A DNA stretch of 63,951 nt from Octopus bimaculoides (Eukaryota): contig NC_069003.1 in assembly GCF_001194135.2 (NCBI RefSeq), forward strand, positions 21,801,946-21,865,896, read 5' to 3'. Below the pieces are notes generated by a model, which did not search any database, was not told where the DNA came from, and worked only from the letters and a program-made list of their open reading frames with translations. The translations under genes were made by a program, and so were the position numbers. Shown one piece after another: positions 12,431-23,285 of this stretch (position 1 is its first letter; every line of letters begins with the position of its first letter).

Positions 12431-12605
12431 AGGCACAGGCATGACTGTGTGGTAAGAAGCTTGCTTCCCAACCATACAGGTCCAGGTTCAGCCCCATTGC
12501 ACGGCACCTTGAGCAAGAGTCTTCTACTATAGCCTCAGGTTGACCTAAGTTTTGTGAGTGGATTTGGTAGATGGGAACTGAAAGAAGCCTGTTGTATATA
12601 CAAGC

Positions 12606-12637
<32 letters not shown>

Positions 12638-12850
12638 GTGTCTATGACTGTTTATTCCCCTCCAGCATTGCTTGACAACTCATGTTGGTGTGTTTACATC
12701 CCTGTAATGTAGCAGTTCAGCAAAAAGAGATTGATAGAATAAGCACTAGGCTTACAAAGGATAAGTCCTGGGGTTGATTTCTTTGACTAAAACCCTTTAA
12801 GAGAGTGCTCCAGCATGGCCACAGTCAAATGACTGAAACAAATAAATGAA
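12431..12850 (+). mobile_element. Composite SINE (family A)
   Basis: Same head, central (TG)n and tail as 6390-6914. Confidence 0.88.
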
Positions 12851-13139
12851 TATGTATGTATGAATATATATATGTATGTATGTATGTATGCATCTATTTA
12901 TGTGTGTATGCATGTATGTATGTATGTATGTATGCATGTATGTGTGTATGTTTATGTATGTATGTGTGCGTATGTGTGTGTATGTATGTGTGTGTATGTA
13001 TGTATGTGTGTGTATGTATGTGTGTGTATGTGTATGTATGTATGTATGTATGTATGTATGTATGCATGTATGTGTGTGTGTGTATCTGTGTAGGTATCTC
13101 CAAGCAATCTTTTAAGCTCACTTCATAGCTCCATGGATT

Positions 13140-13231
13140 GAGACTGAAAGATTGCTTGGAGATGATACACGGCATGCTATATAAATCTGCCAATTTAATG
13201 TATCTTAAAAGCATGAAACTATTAGAAACTC
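13140..13231 (+). ncRNA. Degenerate hammerhead-like motif
   Basis: GAGA CTGAAAGA TTGCTT...AAGCAT GAAAC TATTA GAA ACTC. Homologous to 2851-2939, with the cleavage triplet mutated. Confidence 0.35.
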
Positions 13232-13439
13232 TTTTGTAATTGTGTATATCATATGATATTTATCTCTCACTGGATGGAGTACTTTTTTTGTTGATCCTTT
13301 AATGGAACATAAACTTTGTGTGTGTGTGTGTTTATATGTAGATGGATGTAGTTGTAATAACAAAGTCAAACCAAATAGTGTTCTTTTGAAATCATTTCAG
13401 GTTTGCATAATGCATAAAAAGAAATGCATCCAGATGCAC

Positions 13440-13600
13440 ACATACATGCAACTGGATTTTGCATTGTTTCCATCTAATTTCACTCACAAGGCATTGGTCA
13501 GCCAAATGCTAAAGAAGACACTTGACCAAAATGTCACAGTAGAACTGAACTCAAGGGCTCCTACGAATAGTTGTGAATCATATTTGTTAACCACACGGGC
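13440..13600 (-). mobile_element. Degenerate family-A left monomer
   Basis: CACTCACAAGGCATTGGTCAGCC...AGAAGACACTTG...CTGAAC...TTAACCACAC. Confidence 0.6.
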
Positions 13601-13943
13601 CCTGCCTGTGTATATTAATTTTATTGGAAGATTAGCGTCACTGACTCGTAACCATGTTCGAGATAAGGGGTTTAGTACACAGAAGGTGACTGGATGCTTT
13701 GATGAAGGGGTTCCATGTACTAAAGACAATGGAGATTTGTTTGAGGATAGATATAGAATTTTCTCCATGGCTCTAAGTCTTACTATGTCATATGGTTTGG
13801 CTTACAAAGGGTCCTCTTTGTTTAGATTAATTATTTGGGGGTTAGCAGTTAAAAGCTGTACTCCCTCCCCTAATATTCTCTCTCTCTCTCTCTCTCTTAA
13901 TCTTGCCACTAAATTCACCCCTCTTTCTCTTGTTTTCCTTTTC

Positions 13944-14360
13944 AGGAGTGGCTGTGTGGTAAGTAGCTTGCTTACCAACCACATGGTTCCGGGTTCAGTC
14001 CCACTTTGTGGCACCTTGGGCAAGTGTCTTCTACTATAGCCTCGGGCCGACCAAAGCCTTGTGAGTGGATTTGGTAGATGGAAACTAAAAGAAGCCCATC
14101 GTATATATGTATATATATATATGTATGTGTGTGGATGTGTTTGTGTGTCTGTGTTTGTCCCCCACCCCCACCCCAATATCGCTTGACAACCGATGCTGGT
14201 GTGTTTACGTCCCCGTAACTTAGCGTTTTGGCAAAAGGGACCGATAGAATAAGTACTAGGCTTCCAAAGTATAAGTCTTAGGGTCGATTTGTTCAACTAA
14301 AGGCGGTGCTCCAGCATGGCCGCAGTCAAATGACTGAAACAAGTAAAAGAGTAAAAGAGT
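13944..14360 (+). mobile_element. Composite SINE (family A), well-conserved copy
   Basis: Intact box A/B, CORE-like segment, central microsatellite and GAGTAAAA tail. Confidence 0.92.
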
Positions 14361-14417
14361 AACTTGAAGGATTGTTTGTCTTGGCAGTTTCAAGACATTC
14401 CGAGGTATTATAATCAT

Positions 14418-14625
14418 GGTGAGCTGGCAGGTCCATTAGCAAACTGGACAAAATGCTTAGCGCACTTTGGGCTGTCTTTTATGTCCTGAGTTCAAACTCC
14501 GCCGAGGTTGACTTTGCTTTTCAGCCTTTTGGGATCAATAAATTAAGTACCATTTGATCACTGGGGTCAATGTAATCAACTTACCCCTGCCTTGGAACAG
14601 CTGGCTTTGTGTCAAAATTTGGAAC
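14418..14625 (+). mobile_element. tRNA-derived SINE (family D)
   Basis: GAGCTGGCAG head, GAGTTCAAACTCC box B, and GACTTTGCTTTTCAGCCTTTTGGGATCAATAAATTAAGTACC central domain. Confidence 0.85.
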
Positions 14626-14799
14626 CAATTGTAGCCAAACCTTCCTCAGATCACAAGATCTTCTGTATAAAAAAAAAAAAACTGACAGAGGAGCAGGAGG
14701 GAGAGAATCACAGGATGGATAGTCATGGCAGGATAACATTTGATTGTGGTTTTGTTGAATCAAGAAAATGAAGGAGCCATATTTTTTTAACTTTTATCT

Positions 14800-14990
14800 T
14801 TTACTTGTTTCAGTCATTAGACTGCGGCCATGCTGGGGCACCACCTTGAAATTGACCCCAGTACTTATTTTGTTTCTAGAGCCTGGCACTTATTCTCTTG
14901 GCCTCTTTTGCTGAACCACAAAGTAACAGAGATGTAAACACACCAACACCAGTTGTCAGTGGTGGGGAACACACACAAACACACACACAT
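14800..14990 (-). mobile_element. Family-A right monomer
   Basis: TTTTACTTGTTTCAGTCATTAGACTGCGGCCATGCTGGGGCACC. Confidence 0.75.
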
Positions 14991-15235
14991 TTGAGGCTCT
15001 GCTGAAACTGTAAGGTATTACTCAGACACTCAACTATCAATCTACATCTTATAATGAAAATGGCTGTATGCTAATGAAGTTCTTAAGGTAAATGTTTATT
15101 CCTTCGTCTTCTTACTTTCTTATTACTGCTCTGTTCTCGACTAATGCTTCATTTTGAAGTATATGTATATTGAGTTCTACATTAGGTTATTAATATCACA
15201 ATGGCAAAGAGAAATATATATATATATCATAATTG

Positions 15236-15717
15236 AACCAAATTCGATGACTGGCACCTGCGCCAGTGGAGCGCTAACAGCACCATCCGAGCATGATCAT
15301 TGCCAGAGCAGCTGTCTGGCTTCCGCAACAGTGGCACGTAAATAGCACCATTTAAGTGCGATCGTTACCAGCATTGCCTTACTGGCACTTGTGCCCGTGG
15401 AATGTGAAAAAACATTCAAGCGAGGTCGTTGCCAGTGCCGCTGGACTAGCTCCTGTGCAGGTGGCACATAAAAAACACCATTTTGAGTGTGGCCGTTGCC
15501 AGTACTGCCCAACTGGCCCTCGTGCCAGTGACACGTAAAAGCACCCACTACACTCTCGGAGTGGTTGGTGTTAGGAAGGGCATCCAGCTGTAGAAACTCT
15601 GCCAGATCAGATTGGAGCCTGGTGCAGCCATCTGGTTCGCCAGTCCTCAGTCAAATCGTCCAACTCATGCTAGCATGGAAAGCAGACATTAAACGATGAT
15701 GATGATGATGATGATGA
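15236..15717 (+). mobile_element. Family-B element with RTE-type tail
   Basis: Near-identical to 1573-2015, with four GGCAC(G/A)TAAA modules and a (GAT)n tail. Confidence 0.88.
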
Positions 15718-15719
15718 TA

Positions 15720-15870
15720 TACAGCCTTGGCCAAAAGTATTACGCCACCCCAATGTTTTGGGTTTCTGCTAACTCGATGTTAATGAAACTCGTGCAAATG
15801 ATAGATTATGGTATATTTCACAATATACGTTAGTTCTAATATCTGGTTGACCCTCCTTTAGCATCAGTTA
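15720..15870. mobile_element. Tc1-like terminal fragment
   Basis: TA followed by CAGCCTTGGCCAAAAGTATT, a Tc1-type terminus. Confidence 0.5.
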
Positions 15871-16144
15871 CTGATTTTACACTGTACTGTACATATACCA
15901 CCATCTCCATCCTGTGGTCTCCCACTCTCCCCCTCTCTATCTTTCTCTCTCTCTACTTCTCCTGCACTTCCCTCAGGTTGGGCAACTGTGTATTTTCTTT
16001 GCAGTAGCACATCTGTTTCTGTCTTCATTCATGATCTTTCTCTTTCCAGCTGGGTAACCTTGTAATTCCTCTTCAGCAAGACACCTATATTTGTCTCACT
16101 GTAACCTTTGCATCATCACCTCCTCCAATGCCTCCTCCCCTCTT

Positions 16145-16492
16145 AAAAGTTTTTGTCTTGCAAGTACTTGGTGACCCTGTCAGTGCAGGTGCCACTTAAA
16201 AGTACCCAGTCCACACTGTAAAGTGGTTAGTGTTTGGAAGGACAGCTGTAAAAACCTTGCCAACACTGACCTCACCTGTGCTTTTGCCACATAAAAAGCA
16301 CTACTCACCTCGCCTGTGCTTGTTCCACATAAAAAGCACTAAGTCCACACTGCTGAGTGGTTGGTGTTAGGAAAGGCATCCAGCTGTAAAAATCACGCCA
16401 AAACAGTCTAGTGCAGGCTTTAGCCTTGCTGACTCTTGTGGTACCGTCCCATCCATGCTAGCATGGAACATTGATGTTAAATGATGATGATG

Positions 16493-16495
<3 letters not shown>
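16145..16495 (+). mobile_element. SINE with RTE-type tail (family B variant)
   Basis: GGTGCCACTTAAAAGTACCC modules, GGAAAGGCATCCAGCTGTAAAA and GTTAAAT(GAT)n. Confidence 0.75.
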
Positions 16496-16569
<74 letters not shown>

Positions 16570-16613
16570 CATATACACATACATACATACATGCATGCAT
16601 GCATGCATGCATA

Positions 16614-18498
16614 CACTATGTTTCCTTTTATTATGCAGGTCAATCATTCTTCAATAAAATCAAAACCCCTCATTTGCTTTTCTTAAAATTTCTATGGAAT
16701 ATGTTGTATTATGTATCCTATGTCTCATGTACTTTTCGTCTAAATTGGTGTACATTTAAAGTGGAAAGGAAGAAAAACACGTTTATAGGGAGTTTCTTTT
16801 TACTATGTGAGTTAACAAGATACTGCTTGCTCCCATGTGATATGTGATTTTGAAATGTTTTTTTCTTAATTTCAGATACAGGAAATATAGAAATGTGTTG
16901 AAGTAAAGATATCACATCAAAGGAGAAGAGAGAAATAGTGAAACTACAGAGAGAAGGGGATGCAGCAATTGTAATTTTTGAAAAGCTAAATAGAGATCGC
17001 AGAACAATAGAAAAAAAAAAACAACAGGTACAAAACATTGAGAGAGTAAGAATAAGGAAGAAAATGGGTTTCAAGAACATCACAAATAGAGATAAGAGAA
17101 AACTCAAAAGAATCATGTGCCAGGAAATTGGGTTAACCAGCAAACAAATCTTTGAAGAAGCAGGAATCTCTAACATACAAAGGAAAAAATGTTGCACAAT
17201 ACTGAAAGAAATAGGCAAAGTCATAAATTTCATAAAATTGCCTCTTTTAAAGAAAAGTACACAAAAAATAAAGAGTGATGTGGGGAAAAAGATATAGGAA
17301 GACAGACTTTACAAATGTAATTTTTACTGATGAGTGCAGAGCAAGATTAGTTGAACCTGATGGATGGGCAAGAGGTTGGGTGTTACAGGAAAGAAGTCAA
17401 CCAACATGATTAACCCATTACCTACCAGTGATCTCATATGAGATCACTTAAAAATTACAAATTTCGTAATTATCTGTCAATATTTACACATATCTAACCT
17501 TTTTGCTATATCTACTAGGTATATTTCTCTGACATTCAAATGAGGTTTGCTAATTTTTCACCCAATATCTTGCCTATTTCTATTTAAAATGTTATTTTGA
17601 AATGTTATTTGATCATTCCAGTGTGTTTCTAAGGCTGTTTTATGCTAGAAATAAAAGTTTCATAAAAAAAATTCCAGTTAATAGAATTATGGGAGGTAAT
17701 GGGTAAAGAGGATAGTAGGGTGGTGGAGGAATCTTGTTTTGGGCTGGTATAGTTAGAGGAGACATTACAGGTCCATTTAAGGCTGCTGATGTAGACAAAA
17801 TAAATGCTGAAAATTATTGCAAGTTTCTAGATGACAACTTCTACCATTAATACAAGTCAACATTGCAAAGTTTCAAGTTATGCATGATAATGCCCCTTCA
17901 CACATTGCCAAACTAACTATTAACCATTTAGCTAAAAATGGTTTCAAAGAACATAAGATAATGGAATGGCTTCCACCAATCTCCAGATCTAAACCCAATA
18001 GAGAATTTGGGGTCAATTATTTAAAAAGATGTATATTCTAATGGTAAACAATATCCAAACAAGGATTTACTGCTGCAAGTAATATTAAAAGTGAGATTGT
18101 TGAGAAATTGATAAAATCATTTGATGAGAGAATATTTAATGTTAAATATGGTAAAGAAGGCTATATAAAGATGTAAAATATAAACATAATTGTTTGTAAA
18201 TATAATTATATATTGTGGAAGATATACATATATATTAATGGTCTGGTTATGTATTGTTCTATATGTAAATCACATTACATGTAGTTTGTATATTTGTTAA
18301 CTTGCATAATAAAAAGAAACAACCTATAAATGTGTTTTTCTTCATTTCTGCTTTAAATGTACACCGATTTAGACGAAAAGTATACGAGACATAGGATACA
18401 TAATCCTAAATATCCTGTGAAAATTTCAAGACAATCAAACATGGGGTCTTAATTTTATTGAGGAATGATTGACCTGCATAATAGAAGGAACAATAGTG
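16614..18498 (+). mobile_element. Tc1-superfamily element, TRT/DD37E-like, full length but inactivated
   Basis: TA on both flanks. About 185-bp imperfect TIRs starting CACTATGTTTCCTTTTATTATGCAGGTCAATCATT. Transposase 16893-18176 has IFTDECRA..EPDGWARGW, GGGILFWAGI and HDNAPSH...SPDLNPIE (37 residues D to E after correcting one frameshift). Confidence 0.9.
17414..17703. mobile_element. piggyBac-like MITE nested in the TRT transposase
   Basis: TTAA|CCCATTACC ... GGTAATGGG|TAA. Removing it rejoins the R-Q-Q-G-G-G-G region of the transposase. Confidence 0.75.
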
Positions 18499-19479
18499 TA
18501 TATATACACAAGGCTTCTTTCAGTTTCCATCAACCAAATCCACTCACAAGGCTTTGGTCAGCTGTCATTTTGGTGAGCAGTCATTTAATTCCTGGGGCTA
18601 GAAATAGCACCCAAATCTCCCACAAATTTTAAAAGAGGAAGATTCATTGAACAATGTAGTTCCCACTAAACACAAAAAAAATAATAATAATTAGATGGTC
18701 ACATTATGGAATGTCTTTGAACGTAGATTTACTCGATCAGAGTTGACCAGGGGCTAAACAACAACAATAAGCAACAACAGCAACAGCACTTCATCTTTTC
18801 CATTCATCTTTTGTCCCCTATCCTTTCCTCTTTCTCTACACCTCCCCCCACCCACCCCCACTGCACTAGTCTTGTTGTCTCCATGACAATCAGCCAGTGT
18901 ATAAATACCACCATCCTATCTTCTGACCCTACACCCACCCATCCCATCACCATTCCTTAGTTGCAGTGCCAAAGTATCAGTGGGGTAGGGTGGGGGTGGG
19001 GGTGTTCATTAAAGATGAAGAAGACAAAGCATCAATGTATCAAATCTCACTTTTAATTATTTGAGTAATTTTTATTTATCTATTTGTTTTTTAAATTTCG
19101 GCCCTTTGAGAGTTTGGAGGAGAGTGTGGAGGGGTTTGCGGTTAGGGTTGGCGGGGAGGGGTGGCATTTATAGTTTATAACTGTTGCAGACCACACGCAA
19201 ACACACACACACACACATACATACATACACACACACATACACACACATTTACACATACATATCATAAACACTTGTACACACACAAACACACACACAGATA
19301 ATACGCATGCATTCATTTATATATATATAACTGCACAAAGTCCATTGTGTGTGTGTGTGTATGTGTGTGTGTGTGCGTGTAGTCTGACAAAGGTTAGCAG
19401 GCAGAAACTTCGGCATCACTATCACTTTTTTTCTTGCAGATGTTGGGCATTGGGCCTCCAGAAGCAAAGTGGCTGAGTT

Positions 19480-19860
19480 CCTTTTGAGTTTTGGGCCTCA
19501 CGGAGACAATGACCAAGACCTTTGGCATTATGTCATACTTGTGAAGAAGACCCATGAAGCCAAGCAAAATCACAGTCATGGCAGATTCCAGTGTCACACA
19601 AATTGGCACCCATGCCGGTGGCACATAAACGCACCCTGGTTTCACGCAAATGGCACCCCGGTTTCATGCAAATGGCACCCCAGTTTCATGCAAATGGCAC
19701 CCATGTCGGTGGCACATGAAAGCACCCATTACACTTTTGATGTGGTTGGCATTAGGAAGGGCACCCAGCTGTAGAAAACCATGCCAAATCAAACTGGAGT
19801 CTGTTGCAGCCTTCCAGCATGCCAGCCCGGACTAGGGACACTAAATGATGATGATGTACT
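19480..19860 (+). mobile_element. RTE LINE 3' end plus family-B tail
   Basis: TMTK-DLWHY...LVKKT-like RT end followed by GGAAGGGCACCCAGCTGTAGAAA and (GAT)n. Contains an internal 22-bp tandem x3. Confidence 0.7.
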
Positions 19861-19955
19861 CTACTAAAATGTATTGAGTAACCCTTCAGTTTAAAGTTAA
19901 AGTTTTGTTTTATATATAACTTGACATAAAGACAAACATCAATATACACACACAC

Positions 19956-19994
<39 letters not shown>

Positions 19995-20040
19995 TATATA
20001 AGCCACTACACACATTTTTTTTCTCTCTTTGTTTCTTTCT

Positions 20041-20170
20041 GTGTTCCTTTCTGTGAAAAAGCATAGGCTCGAAACGTTAAAGACTTTTTCAATTCCCGAG
20101 CATTATACTAATACATCTATTTGTTTTCTACACCACCTGTCTTTGTCTGTTGTTTTTTTGTGAATTCTCC
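20041..20170 (+). mobile_element. PLE-associated small repeat with degenerate hammerhead
   Basis: CTTT CTGTGAAAA AGC-ATAG-GCT C GAAACGT T AAAG at 20047-20082. Flanked by microsatellites and homologous to 903-978. Confidence 0.6.
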
Positions 20171-20191
20171 CTATATATATATATATATATG

Positions 20192-20233
<42 letters not shown>

Positions 20234-20531
20234 ATATAATTGATGAAGGAAACCGAAGATAGATTTAGCAATAGTCTTTCATTCAATACAATGACTGTTT
20301 TGATCCATCCTGCAACAATCCATTATGGATAGGATTTTGCACATCCAATTGTGTTGCATCAGTCTGTGCAGTTTATGTCACATCAGGTACATGCATAAAG
20401 AAGGGGCTGTCCTGGTAGATATACTGAAATGTCCAAGGCATGTTGTTCATGCCCGTTGTATTTTGATATATATATATATATATATATATATACANNNNNN
20501 NNNNNNNNNNNNNNNNNNNNNNNNNNNNNNN

Positions 20532-20564
<33 letters not shown>

Positions 20565-20672
20565 GGCAGGCAGGCAGGCAGGCAGGCAGACAGACAGGCA
20601 GACAGACAGACAGACAGACAGACAGATAGATAGATAGATAGATAGATTACATAGAACACAAATGGCTTAAGG

Positions 20673-20759
20673 TTCCCTACAGCTGTTTCAGACATGTTTT
20701 TTCATTGATGAATAAACTGATTGCATCATGAAAAAAAATAAACGTTTTCCTCAGGTGAA
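20673..20759 (-). ncRNA. Type-I hammerhead motif, minus strand
   Basis: Minus strand reads TTCAC CTGAGGA (20754-20748) ...AAAAAACATGTCT GAAAC-AGCT-GTA (20689-20678) GGGAA. Stem I TTCAC/GGGAA is 4 of 5 paired. Confidence 0.5.
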
Positions 20760-20908
20760 TTAGAAATTAAAATTTAAAATTCGGTTCAGAAAAATTACCA
20801 AGATATGGATTGTGCGTTGGCTTTCTCATTTTGGTAACAAGTAAGTCTCTTACATGTTCCACATCTTGGTATTTTTTCTGAACCAAATATTAAATTGTTC
20901 CTTTTTAA

Positions 20909-20993
20909 TTCACCTGAAGAAAACAGATTTTTTTCATGATGTAATCAGTTTATTCCTCAATAGCAAAAATGTGTCTGAAACAGCTGTAGAAAC
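20909..20993 (+). ncRNA. Type-I hammerhead motif, plus strand
   Basis: TTCAC CTGAAGA (20914-20920), stem II AAACAGATTTTT/AAAAATGTGTCT (10 of 12 paired), GAAAC-AGCT-GTA (20977-20988, palindromic ACAGCTGT). Stem I is weak in this arm. Confidence 0.5.
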
Positions 20994-21296
20994 ATTAACT
21001 CATTTGTGTTCTTTCTTTATGTAAACACCTCACCTGGAACCTTCCCTATTCTGAATTTGGAACTCACAGTGGATCCTGAGACTGTATTTCTATTGTGTTT
21101 TATTGTAGTGTTTTTTTTTTTTGAGGGAAAAAAATGAATGAATTTATCTGACAAGTTATAAAACACAAAACAAAAATACTTTTTGTATTAATTCAAATAA
21201 CACTGGAAGAAAANNNNNNNNNNNNNNNNNNNNNNNNNNNNNNNNNNNNNNNNNNNNNNNNNNNNNNNNNNNNNNNNNNNNNNNNNNNNNNNNNNN

Positions 21297-22106
21297 TGTG
21301 ACAAAAGTCGAATCTATTGTTATGATCCAGAGACCAAGGGACAAAGTGTCCACTGGAAGCATCTTGGCTCCCCCAAATCCAGGAAGACCAGGCAATGCAA
21401 GTCCACTGGGAAGCTCATGAAGATCCCTTTTTTTTTTTACAGCAAGGTCATCATCTACATTCCTCCTGGTCAGACGGTCAATGAAGAATATTTTGTGGAA
21501 GTTTTGAGGGAGTTCCGGAAGAGATTTTGTCACAAAAGGTCGGAGCTCTTCCACATGGGTGAGTGGCACCTGCACCAGGGCAATGCACCAGTCCACGTTT
21601 CTATCCTGGTAACCAACTACTTGAAAGAGATGGGCATCAAAACTGTCCCTCACCCTCCCTACAGTCCAGACCTTGCTCCTTGTGATTTTTGGTTGTCCCC
21701 AAACTGAAAGAGAATCTAAGGGGCAGTCATTGTGAAGATGAAGGAGGATGTGACTAGGGACCTGGAACCTTCACTTTGGAGGACTGCAAGTGTATTGAAA
21801 TCAGAGAATCCTATTTTCATGGAGTTTAGAGTTTTGTACTTCTTTGAAATTAATGAATATCTTTCCTTAAAAAGTTTGTAAACTTCTGGAATGCATCCTG
21901 TAAAGAAGATGTAGTTGTGACAAGAATTCTGGACACCTTCACTTTGGAGGACTTCCATGGGGCCTTGACAAAGTGGCTGGACTACTACAACAAGTGCACT
22001 GAAGTCAGAAGATCCTACTTTGAAAGGGATTAGAGTTTTGTACCTGTTGCAAATTAATAAATGTCTCTTCTGAAAAAATTTTTCAAAACTTCTGGAATGC
22101 ACCTTG
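21297..22106 (+). pseudogene. Mariner DD34D transposase 3' half with duplicated 3' end
   Basis: YCYDPETKGQS, WHLHQGNAPVH and HPPYSPDLAPCDFW. TIR-like AAACTTCTGGAATGCA(T/C)C(C/T)TG occurs twice (ending 21900 and 22106). 5' end is in the gap. Confidence 0.88.
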
Positions 22107-22249
22107 TGTGTGTGTGTGTGTGCGCGTCTGTGTTTATGTGTGTGTCTGTATGTCTATGTCTGTGTGTGTGTATGTATGAGTGTGTGTGTGTGTGTGATGG
22201 GTCATTTCCTCATGAATGACAAATGAAGGTTCAATAAAAAAAAAAAAGC

Positions 22250-22450
22250 AGTAATCATGTTCTATGGACACAAATGTGTCTCTTGAGGCCATCTGGTGCC
22301 TTGCAAACCTTTTAGCAAAGGGAACAAGTTGAGGACTCAGTTTGCTCAAGTGCTTCTGGATTATTTGCTGTGTTTTCTGAGTGGATAGCTTGGCCAGTTT
22401 AGTGGGAATGTCCCACGTAGTAAGCAAATGTCCCCACACCTCCCATATGA
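22250..22450 (-). pseudogene. Non-LTR reverse transcriptase relic (possible)
   Basis: WEVWGHLLTTWDIPTKLAKL...LS..F...RHQ...S..TF resembles the GIPxKL...RQG..LSP.LF region of LINE RTs. Confidence 0.4.
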
Positions 22451-22940
22451 TATAAGACAAAGTTAAATACTAAATATTATTAGAAAAGCAAGCAAAAACT
22501 AACAAAGAAAGCTACTTCATTACATTGTTTCACTAGCAAAATTTTAATTATTGTAATTAATAAAAATTTTATGTCTACATTCATCATGATATTACATTGT
22601 TTCATTTAACAACTAAATTAGGCTTATGATTGCATAAGTATATCTAGTCATAATAATTAAGTTTAATTAAGAAAGTAAAACAACAAAATCATTTTTTATA
22701 CCAAGATAGAAATGAGATTAACCTTCACCATCATCACTATAACTGTTTGTCGTCATCATCATCATCATCATTATCATCATCATTAATTAACATCATAATT
22801 ATTACCATCACCATCAATACCATCGTCAACCATGTTGTTCATCACCCTCACCACCACCACCACCGTTGTCATCCTCCCCACCACTGCCACTACCAACACC
22901 ACTGCTGTACAACACCACCCCCTGTGCACCCACTCCCCCA

Positions 22941-23285
22941 GCTTAGCAGAATTTCGTCCATCTTTACGTTATGAGTTCAAATTCTGCCAAGGTTGACTTA
23001 GCCTTTCATCCCTTTCAATGGTGTGTGGGGGGGACGTTGATAAAATAAGTACCAGTTGAGTACTGGGGTTGATGTAATCAACTTAGCCCCTCCCCTAAAA
23101 CTGCTGGCCTTGTGCCAAAATTTGAAACTATTATTATTATTATTATTATTACTATTATTATTATTATTGTTATTATTGTTATTATTATTATTATTAGTGT
23201 TAGTAGTAATAGTAGAGTTAGGGGTGGTTGATGTAATCGATTTGACCCCTCCCCTCGAAACTGTTGGCCTTGTGCCAAAAATTGG
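22941..23285 (+). mobile_element. Family-D SINE with duplicated 3' segment around (TTA)n
   Basis: GGGGTTGATGTAATC..CCCCTCCCC..AAACT..TGGCCTTGTGCCAAAA occurs at about 23065 and 23222. Confidence 0.8.

Larger units (their letters stand above)
20648..21024. mobile_element. Foldback element, ~160-bp inverted arms and ~50-bp spacer, hammerhead motif in each arm
   Basis: Left arm 20648-20810 is an imperfect reverse complement of 20858-21024 (CACAAATG..TACAGCTGTTTCAGACA..TCAGGTGAATT..TTCAGAAAAA.TACCAAGAT). Confidence 0.88.

Noticed and set aside
13302-14039. 245-aa plus-strand ORF as a single gene
   Set aside because: It runs through (GT)n, a SINE remnant, (CT)n and a SINE head. Only the central island is kept as a candidate.
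14315-14360. Family-A tail CAGTC-AAAT-GACTGAAAC as a hammerhead
   Set aside because: No CUGANGA upstream. It fits a LINE-type 3' stem-loop followed by short terminal repeats.
15540-15700. RTE-type tail as an HDV-like ribozyme
   Set aside because: I could not build the nested double pseudoknot by eye. It would need a descriptor search.
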